From NCBI GenBank assembly GCA_963807525.1, contig CAWECI010000030.1, positions 33,673 through 97,672 on the forward strand: DNA of 64,000 nt. The letters are read 5' to 3'. Positions 30,249-38,590 of this stretch are shown here, one piece after another. Each line of letters opens with the position of its first letter. Position 1 is the stretch's first letter. The translations under genes were made by a program, and so were the position numbers. The notes under the pieces were generated by a model, which had not been told where the DNA came from, made no database searches, and saw only the letters and a list, made by a program, of their open reading frames with translations. Source of the DNA: Candidatus Aminicenantes bacterium. Lineage in GTDB: Bacteria > Acidobacteriota > Aminicenantia > Aminicenantales > Saccharicenantaceae.

Positions 30249-30276
30249 TTGACATCCCGGGGCGATTTGATATAAT
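30249..30276 (+). promoter_or_regulatory. Consensus sigma70 promoter of the initiator tRNA
   Basis: TTGACA-16 nt-TATAAT with extended TG. Confidence 0.85.
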
Positions 30277-30286
30277 GACGCCGTAC

Positions 30287-30363
<77 letters not shown>

Positions 30364-30390
30364 ACGACATTCCAGATATTCCCCCATATC

Positions 30391-30421
30391 AGCGAGGCTT
30401 CGGCCTCGCTTTTTCATTTTT
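30391..30421 (+). terminator. Intrinsic terminator
   Basis: AGCGAGGC-TTCG-GCCTCGCT followed by T tracts. Confidence 0.9.
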
Positions 30422-30538
30422 CATCCCTGAGCCTTAACGTCCAGGCCTTTCTGTTTATTCGGGTCCGGTCCTGCGCCCGCGCTTCCTCGAGGATGGTCCT
30501 TCCTTGCGGAAATCCTGATATATGAGCTAGCATACTCC

Positions 30539-31984
30539 TTGGGAGGACCGAAGATGGCTGGATCATCGAGGAAACGCGGCCTCAAGGAAATTCCCGGGAT
30601 CCAGCTTAAGCTGATCTCGACGATATTCTGCCTGGGAATGTCAGCCATTCTGGCTGCCTGCAGCAGTGGCGAAGGCGGTTGGAGTCCATTTGTCCTCGGT
30701 GAGTGGACTTGGATGTCCGGCGACCGCGGCAATAACAGCGTCGGGGCCTACGGGACCAAGGGCACGCCTTCAGGCTCGAACGTCCCGGGGGCGAGAGAGG
30801 GGGCTGCATCGTGGGTCGACTCCCAGGGCAAACTCTGGCTTTTCGGGGGCCGCCATTCGCTTGGCACCATAAATTTCTTCAATGATCTCTGGCGGTACGA
30901 CCCCCCGACAGATGAATGGACCTGGGTATCCGGCAGCAGCCTGACCAATCAGCCGGGCGTTTATGGGACCTTGGGCACGCCCGCTTCGTCAAACGTCCCA
31001 GGGGCCAGGGAATGGGCCGTCTCTTGGGTTGATGCCTCGGGCAGGTTTTGGCTTTTTGGCGGGGGAGGCTACGATTCGGCCGGCCGCAACGGCTTTCTCA
31101 ATGATCTATGGAATTATGATCCGGCAACGAATGAATGGACTTGGGTGTCCGGAAGTGAGAACGGCGGCCAGGATGGCGTCTACGGGATCAAAGGGACCGC
31201 CGATCCCTCCAATGTTCCAGGATGCAGGGAGAGGGCCGTTTCTTGGATCGATCAGGCCGGCAAGCTCTGGCTCTTTGGGGGATACGGCGCGGATGGTTCT
31301 GGAGGGGCAGACATAGATCTCAATGATCTGTGGAAGTACGATCCAACGACTTCAAATTGGACCTGGATCTCCGGAAGCATAATTGGGGATCAGGCGGGTG
31401 TCTATGGATTGAAAGGGACCTCCGATCCGTCGAACGTGCCGGGCGCGCGGCGGAGCTCTGTTTCGTGGACTGGTTCCAACGGGGAATTTTGGCTTTTTGG
31501 AGGGCACGGCCATGTTCCGGCAGCCAGCGTCGATGTCGATCTCAATGACCTTTGGAGGTACGACCCCACGACCGATGAATGGACCTGGGTATCCGGCGGG
31601 GACACGGGAAACCTGCCAAGTGTCTATGGACTGAAAGGCATAGCCGCCAGAGCGAACGTCCCGGGCGCCAGAGCGGGCGGCGTGTCCTGGGTCGATTCGC
31701 AGGGCAGGCTCTGGCTCTTTGGAGGACAGGGCAGCGCGCTCAATGACCTATGGACTTACGATCCGGCGAATTCTCAATGGACTTGGATATCCGGCAGCGA
31801 TACGGGAGACCAGATGGGTTTCTATGGGGAGAAGGGCACGTCAAGTCCTTTGAACGTCCCTGGTGGAAGGCTGTATGCCGCATCCTGGACGGACCCCGAG
31901 GGAAACCTCTGGCTCTTCGGAGGGGTAGGTTATTCAGCGGGTGATGTAGGCGACTTGAATGACCTCTGGCGGTTCATTCGCTAG
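30539..31984 (+). CDS. Kelch/galactose-oxidase-like repeat beta-propeller, probable lipoprotein (start uncertain)
   Basis: About five ~75-aa repeats GVYG.KG....NVPGAR....W.D..G.LWLFGG.G......NDLW.YD....WTW.SG; ILAAC lipobox. Confidence 0.8.
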   Translation: MGGPKMAGSSRKRGLKEIPGIQLKLISTIFCLGMSAILAACSSGEGGWSPFVLGEWTWMSGDRGNNSVGAYGTKGTPSGSNVPGAREGAASWVDSQGKLWLFGGRHSLGTINFFNDLWRYDPPTDEWTWVSGSSLTNQPGVYGTLGTPASSNVPGAREWAVSWVDASGRFWLFGGGGYDSAGRNGFLNDLWNYDPATNEWTWVSGSENGGQDGVYGIKGTADPSNVPGCRERAVSWIDQAGKLWLFGGYGADGSGGADIDLNDLWKYDPTTSNWTWISGSIIGDQAGVYGLKGTSDPSNVPGARRSSVSWTGSNGEFWLFGGHGHVPAASVDVDLNDLWRYDPTTDEWTWVSGGDTGNLPSVYGLKGIAARANVPGARAGGVSWVDSQGRLWLFGGQGSALNDLWTYDPANSQWTWISGSDTGDQMGFYGEKGTSSPLNVPGGRLYAASWTDPEGNLWLFGGVGYSAGDVGDLNDLWRFIR

Positions 31985-32106
31985 CTATCCAGCCTCCAGA
32001 TCCCCGCTGCCGAGCTAATTTTCTGCCGAGCGCCAGCCCGTTTCTCCTGAGGGCTTGCATATCCCGGGTCGATGCATTAAGTTGGGGATAGAGACCCGCA
32101 GGTCCT

Positions 32107-32820
32107 ATGGGCAGCAAGCGTCAGAGTACCGCAGCAAAGCGGGAGAAGAGCGTCTTCCGCGAATACTTCGAGCTCATCGTCGAGACGGCCGTCTTCGTCT
32201 TCTTCGTCCTGACCTTCGTTGTTCAGGCCTTCCAAATACCGACCGGCTCGATGATCCCCAAGCTTCTCGTCGGTGATTTCGTCCTGGTCAACAAAATGGT
32301 CTACGCCCAGCCTCGCTGCGCCCTCGAGGGGTTTCTTCTGCCCGATAAGCCCATCGAAAGAAAAGACATCATCGTCTTCAAATGGCCGGGAGACCTGACC
32401 AAGGACTATGTCAAACGGGTCATCGGCCTGCCGGGCGACAAGGTCGAGATCCGGCTCAAGCAGCTCTACGTGAACGACGCCCCTGTCGACGAGCCCTATA
32501 AGATCCACACGGACGGCCAGGCCTACGCCAGGGACGACGCCTATCATTACGACCAGGCCATCCGCGATAACTATGGCCCGATCGTGGTGCCCGCGGGAAG
32601 CCTCTTTGTCATGGGGGACAACCGCGATGACAGCTTGGACAGCCGGGCTTGGGGCTACGTCCCCCTGTCCTATATCAAGGGGAGGCCCTGGCTCATCTAT
32701 TTTTCGTATGAGGCCGAGCGCGGCGCCTATACGCAAACGGGCTTTCGCGACCGGCTGAGAAAAGCCGGGCGCTTCATCACCAAGGCCCGTTGGGGCCGCC
32801 TCCTTAAGGTCATCAACTGA
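32107..32820 (+). CDS. lepB: Signal peptidase I
   Basis: IPTGSM (catalytic Ser), GDFVLVNK, YVKRVIGLPGD (Lys), MGDNRDDSLDSR. Confidence 0.95.
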   Translation: MGSKRQSTAAKREKSVFREYFELIVETAVFVFFVLTFVVQAFQIPTGSMIPKLLVGDFVLVNKMVYAQPRCALEGFLLPDKPIERKDIIVFKWPGDLTKDYVKRVIGLPGDKVEIRLKQLYVNDAPVDEPYKIHTDGQAYARDDAYHYDQAIRDNYGPIVVPAGSLFVMGDNRDDSLDSRAWGYVPLSYIKGRPWLIYFSYEAERGAYTQTGFRDRLRKAGRFITKARWGRLLKVIN

Positions 32821-32847
32821 CCGAGGGCGCCGGACCCTTTACGAGGA

Positions 32848-34254
32848 TCAGTCCGTCCCGACCGCGTCCCAACAATAGGTGCAGAGCTTGTCCTTGGGCA
32901 GGCCGATGGCCTCGACCAGGTCCTCAAGCCTCTGGTAGCGAAGTGTCGTCAGGCCGAGGGTGCGGGCCACCCATTCGACCATGGCCTGGTACTTGGGCGT
33001 GCCGGCCTGGGTGTAGTCCTCGAAGTGGCGGAAATCCGGCCCCTCGAGCGCGGCGATGGCCCGGCGGGCAGCGAGATCGAGCTCGGACCGGGACCGGGAG
33101 AAGTTGAGGAACTTGCAGCCGTAGGCGAGGGGAGGGCAGGCCGGCCGCATGTGAACCTCGACCGCGCCGGATTCATAGAGGCGCTTGATCGTGTCCTGGA
33201 GCTGGGTGCCGCGGACGATGGAATCCTCGCAGAACAGGAGCTTGTGCCCCTGGATGATCTCCCGGATGGGGATGAGCTTCATCCGGGCCACCTGGTCGCG
33301 GACCGTCTGATTCTGGGGCATGAAGCTCCGGGCCCAGGTCGGGGTGTACTTGACGAAGGGACGTCGGAAGGGAATGCCGGCCTCCGCAGCGTAGCCGAGG
33401 CCGTGGCCGATGCCGGAATCGGGGATCCCGGCGACGAGATCGATCTTGACGTTGTCGTTGCGGGCCAGGAAGGCCCCGCAGCGGTTGCGCACCGTCTCGA
33501 CGTTGATGCCCTCATAGCTCGAGGCCGGATAGCCGTAATAGACCCACAGGAACGAGCAGATCCGGAGCTTTGGCCCGGGCTTGGCCACGGTCTCGCTGCC
33601 GTCGGGCGTGATCTTGACGATCTCTCCGGGACCGAGGTACCGGTCGATCTCGTAGCCCAGGTTGGGGAAGGCACAGGTTTCCGTCGAGACCGAGAAGGAG
33701 CCGGGCTTTTTCCCCAGCACGAGCGGCGTCCGGCCCAGCTTGTCCCTGGCCGCCAGGATGGCCCCGTCCGTCAGGATGAGGATGGACGAGGACCCCTGGA
33801 TGAACTCCCAGACGGCCCGGATGCCGTCCTCGAAGGTGTCCTCCCGGTTGATCATGGCCGCGATGAGCTCGGTCGGGTTGATCTCGCCGCCGCGCATCTC
33901 CGAGAAATGGAGGCACTTGCCGCGGAAAGCCCGGTCGACGAGCTCGTCGATGTTCTTGATGACCCCGACCGTGGCGATGGCGTAGTTGCCCAGGTGGGAC
34001 CGGATCAGGAGCGGCTGGTCTTCATAGTCGCTGATGACGCCGATCCCGCGGTCGCCGTGGAGCTTCGTGACATCTTCGGCGAATTTGGAGCGGAACTGGG
34101 CGTTCTCGATGTTGTGGATGTAGCGGGTGAGGTTCGCGCCGTTGCCGGCCGCCAGGCCACCGCGCTTCGTGCCGAGATGGGAATGGTAGTCCGTGCCGTA
34201 GAACAGGTCCTCGACGATCTCGTTCTTGCCGACGACGCCGAAAAGTCCGCCCAT
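32848..34254 (-). CDS. purF: Amidophosphoribosyltransferase family protein lacking the N-terminal Cys
   Basis: GIPDSG, EDSIVRGTQ PRPP motif, C-terminal CTYCW; begins MGGLFG after a GAGGAG RBS. Confidence 0.85.
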   Translation of the reverse strand: MGGLFGVVGKNEIVEDLFYGTDYHSHLGTKRGGLAAGNGANLTRYIHNIENAQFRSKFAEDVTKLHGDRGIGVISDYEDQPLLIRSHLGNYAIATVGVIKNIDELVDRAFRGKCLHFSEMRGGEINPTELIAAMINREDTFEDGIRAVWEFIQGSSSILILTDGAILAARDKLGRTPLVLGKKPGSFSVSTETCAFPNLGYEIDRYLGPGEIVKITPDGSETVAKPGPKLRICSFLWVYYGYPASSYEGINVETVRNRCGAFLARNDNVKIDLVAGIPDSGIGHGLGYAAEAGIPFRRPFVKYTPTWARSFMPQNQTVRDQVARMKLIPIREIIQGHKLLFCEDSIVRGTQLQDTIKRLYESGAVEVHMRPACPPLAYGCKFLNFSRSRSELDLAARRAIAALEGPDFRHFEDYTQAGTPKYQAMVEWVARTLGLTTLRYQRLEDLVEAIGLPKDKLCTYCWDAVGTD

Positions 34255-34410
34255 GTGCAACTCCTCTCGGGATTATTCCGGCATCTTAACATCGCCTCTG
34301 GCGCATTTCAATTCTTATCCCTGAACGGGGCGCCGGGCGGCCAAGCGAAGGAGAGGAAAACCGGCCGAGATATGATAGAATCCTTCCGTAACGACCTCAA
34401 GGAGGGCCAC

Positions 34411-35799
34411 ATGTTCAAAGCCGCGACCTATGTCGAACGACGGAAGCTCCTGAAAAAGTCGGTGGGCTCGGGCCTGCTGATCTTCCTGGCCAACGAAGAA
34501 GCCCCGATGAACTACCCCGCCAACACCTATCACTACCGCCAGGACAGCTCGTTCCTGTATTTCTTCGGCCTGGCTTCGCCGGGACTCGCGGCCGTCATCG
34601 ATGCCGACGCGGGCACTGACACGCTCTTCGGCGACGACATCGGCATCGAAGATATCATCTGGGAAGGCGAGCTGCCCAAACTCAAGGACCGGGCCGCGGA
34701 GATCGGCGTCCGGCTGACCAAGCCCCGGGCCGCGTTCGCCGAGACGGTGCGCCAGGCCCTGACCGCCGGGCGGACCGTGCATTACCTGGCGCCCTATCGG
34801 GCCGACAACAAGATCGTCCTGAGCGACCTTCTCGGGATCCCTATCGGCGAGCTCAGGGCCAAGGCTTCGCCGGCGTTCATCAAAGCGTCGGTCGATCAGC
34901 GGATCATCAAGTCCAAGGAGGAGATCCGCGAGATCGAGTCCGCCGTGGCCGTCAGCCGGGAGATGTACCTGGCGGCCATGAAGTCCGCCAAGCCCGGCCG
35001 CTATGAGTTCCAGGTCTCCGGGGTCATGGAGGGGATCGCCCTGGCCTACGGCATGCACATGGCCTTCCCGCCCATCGTCACCGTCAACGGCCAGATCTTC
35101 CACATGCATTCGCACGACAACGAGCTGGCCAGGGGCCGGATGCTCGTCTGCGACTGCGGCGCCGAAGCGGCCAGCGGCTACGCCTCCGACATCACCCGCA
35201 GCGTGCCTGTCGGCGGACGCTTCAACGCCCGTCAGAAGGCCGTCTATGAGATCGTCCTGGCCGGCCAGGAATCGGCCATCAAGTCCATCAAACCAGGCGT
35301 CAACTTCAAGGATATCCACATGCAGACGGCCCGCGTCCTCACCGACGGCCTCAAGGCTCTCGGCCTGATGAAGGGCGGCACGGACGAGGCCGTCGGCGCC
35401 GGCGCACACGCGCTGTTCTTCCCGCACGGCCTGGGCCACAACCTCGGCCTGGACGTCCACGACATGGAGGATTACGGCGAGAACAACGTGGGCTACGGCG
35501 AGAAGGTCGAGCGCAGCGGACAGTTCGGGCTGGCTTATCTGCGCATGGCCCGCGTGCTCAAACCCGGCCACGTCATGACGGTCGAGCCGGGCGTCTACTT
35601 CATCCCCGCCTTGTTCGCGCTCTGGAAGAAAGAGAAGAAGCACAAGGATTTCATCGTTTATGACGCCGTCGAGAAGTTCCTGGACTTCGGAGGGGTCAGG
35701 ATCGAGGACGACGTCCTGGTCACTGACAAGGGCCGCAAGGTCCTCGGCCCGCCCATCCCGAAGACGGTCGCCGACGTCGAAAAGGCCTGCCGGGCTTGA
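34411..35799 (+). CDS. pepP: Xaa-Pro aminopeptidase (M24B)
   Basis: RQDSSFLYFFG, DCGAE, YASDITR, HGLGHNLGLDVHD, TVEPGVY, GVRIEDD; GGAGG RBS before ATG 34411. Confidence 0.92.
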   Translation: MFKAATYVERRKLLKKSVGSGLLIFLANEEAPMNYPANTYHYRQDSSFLYFFGLASPGLAAVIDADAGTDTLFGDDIGIEDIIWEGELPKLKDRAAEIGVRLTKPRAAFAETVRQALTAGRTVHYLAPYRADNKIVLSDLLGIPIGELRAKASPAFIKASVDQRIIKSKEEIREIESAVAVSREMYLAAMKSAKPGRYEFQVSGVMEGIALAYGMHMAFPPIVTVNGQIFHMHSHDNELARGRMLVCDCGAEAASGYASDITRSVPVGGRFNARQKAVYEIVLAGQESAIKSIKPGVNFKDIHMQTARVLTDGLKALGLMKGGTDEAVGAGAHALFFPHGLGHNLGLDVHDMEDYGENNVGYGEKVERSGQFGLAYLRMARVLKPGHVMTVEPGVYFIPALFALWKKEKKHKDFIVYDAVEKFLDFGGVRIEDDVLVTDKGRKVLGPPIPKTVADVEKACRA

Positions 35800-36638
35800 G
35801 GATCGCGCTCGTTCAGCAACGGGCCACCGACGACCCAGCCGAGAACCGGGCCCGGGGCGAAAGGGCCTTTCTCGAGGCCGTCCGGACCGGGGCCAACGTG
35901 GTCGCCTTCGCCGAGCTGGCCTTCACCCGGTTCTATCCGCAGGTGCCGGCCTCGAGCGGCAGCGCGCTTCTGGCTGAGACCATCCCCGGCCCCACCACCG
36001 ACCTGTTCAGTGCCCTAGCCCGCGAAACGGGCACCGTGGCCGTCCTGAACCTGTTCGAGCGGGACGGTGACCGGACCTATGATTCCTCGCCGGTCATCGA
36101 CGCCGACGGCAGCCTCCTCGGGGTCACGCGCATGGTCCATATCATGGAGGGCCCGGGCTTTCACGAGCGGGGCTACTACGCGCCGGGTGACCGGGAACGC
36201 TTTGTCTTCTCCACGGCGGCGGGCCGGGTCGGCGTGGCCATTTGCTATGACCGCCATTTTCCCGAATACATGAGGGGGCTGAGACTGGCCGGCGCCGAGC
36301 TTGTCGTCGTGCCCCAAGCCGGGACCGCGGGGGAGTGGACCCCGGGTCTTTTTGAGGCCGAGCTCCAGGTCGCCGCCTTCCAGAACGGCTACTATGCCGT
36401 GCTGGTCAACCGGGTCGGCCGCGAGGACGATCTCGAATTCGCCGGGGAATCGTTCGTCGTCGATCCCGACGGCCGGGTCATCGCCAGAGCGCCGGCCGGG
36501 CAGGATCATATTCTCTATGCCGATTGCGACTTGGCCAAGAACGCGCTGTCCCACGCCGCCCGGCACTTCCTCGAGGACCGCCGGCCCCGTGTCTATCGGG
36601 CCATGGGCCTGGCGAGCGACGCCCCGAAGGAGCGCTGA
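35796..36638 (+). CDS. Carbon-nitrogen hydrolase (nitrilase family; N-carbamoylputrescine amidase/beta-ureidopropionase-like)
   Basis: FAEL (Glu), AICYDRHFPE (Cys), NRVG, FAGES. The usual RKxH lysine reads RMVH. Confidence 0.8.
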   Translation: MRIALVQQRATDDPAENRARGERAFLEAVRTGANVVAFAELAFTRFYPQVPASSGSALLAETIPGPTTDLFSALARETGTVAVLNLFERDGDRTYDSSPVIDADGSLLGVTRMVHIMEGPGFHERGYYAPGDRERFVFSTAAGRVGVAICYDRHFPEYMRGLRLAGAELVVVPQAGTAGEWTPGLFEAELQVAAFQNGYYAVLVNRVGREDDLEFAGESFVVDPDGRVIARAPAGQDHILYADCDLAKNALSHAARHFLEDRRPRVYRAMGLASDAPKER

Positions 36639-36647
36639 TGCCGCTCA

Positions 36648-36831
36648 GGCCTGGATTATTCACGAATCGAGGCGGCCCCAGATGCGAGGCCCGAGGGGTA
36701 AAGCTGTACTCGTTGGTACTGCGAACCCCGAGAACGAAGCAGATGGGGCCGGATCGGTTCGCCCGCAGGGTAAGAACGCCCGAGAGGGGAGAGCCGGAGA
36801 AAGAGGGGCGTTCTTATGAATAAGTCAGGCT
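36648..36831 (+). mobile_element. Composite MITE-like inverted-repeat element overlapping the start of the NusG-paralog gene
   Basis: Imperfect terminal IRs CCTGGATTATTCA / TGAATAAGTCAGG enclosing two hairpin modules; a related short element is at 61461-61530. Confidence 0.6.
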
Positions 36832-37298
36832 GGTACGTCATCAATACAAAGCCGAAAAAGGAGAGCCAGGTCGAGCGGCTTTTTGTCGAGGGCGGCTTTA
36901 CGATCTACTGCCCCAAATACCTGCGCGAGAAACGGGTCGTTCCGTTCTTTCCCGGCTACGCCTTCCTGCGGTTCTCGTTCCCCGAAGAGTTCCAGATGGT
37001 CAAGTACACGCGCGGGGTCAAGCGGGTGGTCGGGAACGACGCCGGCCCGACCCCGATCCCGGCCGAGGTCGTCGAGGGCATCAGGACCCGGGAACGGGAC
37101 GGGCTCATCGTCTTCGAGCGCTACGGCCAGGAGCCGGCGGTCGGCGACGAGATCGAGGTCGTCGAGGGACCTCTCAAGGGCCTGAAGGGCGTCTTCCGCA
37201 AGGAAGTCGGCGACAGCGAGCGGGTGATGATCCTCCTGAACTATGTCTCCTACCAGGGCATGCTGCTGATCGAGAAGGACAAACTTAAAAAGCTCTAG
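36816..37298 (+). CDS. Transcription antitermination factor, specialised NusG paralog (RfaH/UpxY-like)
   Basis: WYVINTKPKKE, PFFPGY, TRGVKRVV NGN domain; KOW GDEIEVVEGPLKGLKGVF; ERVMILL. Confidence 0.88.
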   Translation: MNKSGWYVINTKPKKESQVERLFVEGGFTIYCPKYLREKRVVPFFPGYAFLRFSFPEEFQMVKYTRGVKRVVGNDAGPTPIPAEVVEGIRTRERDGLIVFERYGQEPAVGDEIEVVEGPLKGLKGVFRKEVGDSERVMILLNYVSYQGMLLIEKDKLKKL

Positions 37299-37305
37299 GC
37301 CAGGA

Positions 37306-37458
37306 GGGAATCCCTCTCTTCGGCTTTGCTCAGGATATCGACCCCTGTCCCCGCGCCCCGGAAATCTCGTAGCTGGTTTCCCCCGGCCTTCGGCCGGGCC
37401 CCCTTTCCATTACGGGGGCCTGGGGTCGACATCCCTCGCCGCCTCACGCGGGATTCCC
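37306..37458 (-). other. Branched structured intergenic element
   Basis: GGGAATCCC/GGGATTCCC outer stem, 13-bp inner stem, three internal hairpins. Confidence 0.65.
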
Positions 37459-37477
37459 GGAGATTACGTGCTAGGTC

Positions 37478-38590
37478 CTATTTGAGTGTCTTGAGGGCAT
37501 CGAGGAACGGCTGGTTCAGGCTGTTCGAGGAAAAATAAACCACGCCGTCGGCGCGGGCGGCCTTGCTGATGCGCATCTCTTCGATCATGCCCTCGGGCGT
37601 GTTCTGGTTGTGCGACGTGCCGATGCCGATGCCCGGGCAGACCAGGGCGTGGCCGGCAGCGTGGCCGACAGCCTCCCGGGTCAGCTTCTCGTAGAGCTTG
37701 ACGTCGTTCGTATAGAGCATCGGATTGAGCATGTCGACCAGGCCCTCGCGGCCCCAAGATGCCCAGTCCTGGCCGATCGCGACCCTGGCGTTAACGGCGT
37801 CCGGAAAGACGGCCGCGCTGATCTTGACCTTGCGGCCCGTGGCCTTGAGGGCGTCCCGCAGCTCCTTGACGAACAGCGTGACCCGCTCGGTGTTCCAGCG
37901 CAGCCAGACGTTCCAGGCCGGGTTGCCCGTGTCCCGGGCCTTGACCGCCGCCATGTCGATGCCGGTATCGGCCTTGAACAGTTTCAGCGTTTCGGCGTCG
38001 AAGCTGAAGAAGGGCTCGGTCGGCTCGCAGGGGTAGCGGATGTAATCGAGGTGGACCCAGCCGACGTCGTACTTGCGGACGACCTCGAGCATGAGGCTGG
38101 CCTCGTACGCCCGCACGGCCGGCAGGGCGGGGTTGGCCGCCGCGACCATCTCGCGTTTGGGGGAGACGATGAGCCACTCCGGATGCTGCCGGACCTGCCC
38201 CAGGATGGCCGATTCCGGGAAGACGCAGAACCAGGGGTGGACCTCCATCTTGCGGGCCTTGGCCTCGGCCAGGAAGGTCCCGAAGAAGTCCCAGTCGTAG
38301 GCCGGATCGCGGACCCCGATCTCGCTCGGATAATAGACGTATCCCGACGTCGTCTTGACCAGCATGATCAAGGTGTTGATGCCGGCCCGGGCGTATTCGT
38401 CGAGGGTCGCGCGCATTTTCGCGACGGCCGCGGCCTTGTCCGGGCCGAAGAGCCCCGGGTGCATCCAGACGCCCCGGACGGGCATGGCCAGGGAGGCCCC
38501 GCCTGCGGCGCCGGCCGAGCATGGGGGGGCCGCGGCCAGGACGAGCGTGATAGTCAACAAGGACAGGACGGCGAGCGATCGGATCCTCAT
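37478..38590 (-). CDS. Secreted glycoside hydrolase family 10-like (GHL10/DUF187) protein
   Basis: Signal peptide; VRGVW, GINTL, YYPS, VHPW, HLDYIRYP, ISAAVF, QDWASW, PMLY. Confidence 0.85.
   Translation of the reverse strand: MRIRSLAVLSLLTITLVLAAAPPCSAGAAGGASLAMPVRGVWMHPGLFGPDKAAAVAKMRATLDEYARAGINTLIMLVKTTSGYVYYPSEIGVRDPAYDWDFFGTFLAEAKARKMEVHPWFCVFPESAILGQVRQHPEWLIVSPKREMVAAANPALPAVRAYEASLMLEVVRKYDVGWVHLDYIRYPCEPTEPFFSFDAETLKLFKADTGIDMAAVKARDTGNPAWNVWLRWNTERVTLFVKELRDALKATGRKVKISAAVFPDAVNARVAIGQDWASWGREGLVDMLNPMLYTNDVKLYEKLTREAVGHAAGHALVCPGIGIGTSHNQNTPEGMIEEMRISKAARADGVVYFSSNSLNQPFLDALKTLK

Noticed and set aside
30700-31980. Periodic DNA similarity suggesting an array
   Set aside because: Degenerate protein-level Kelch-type repeats in an open frame; not CRISPR
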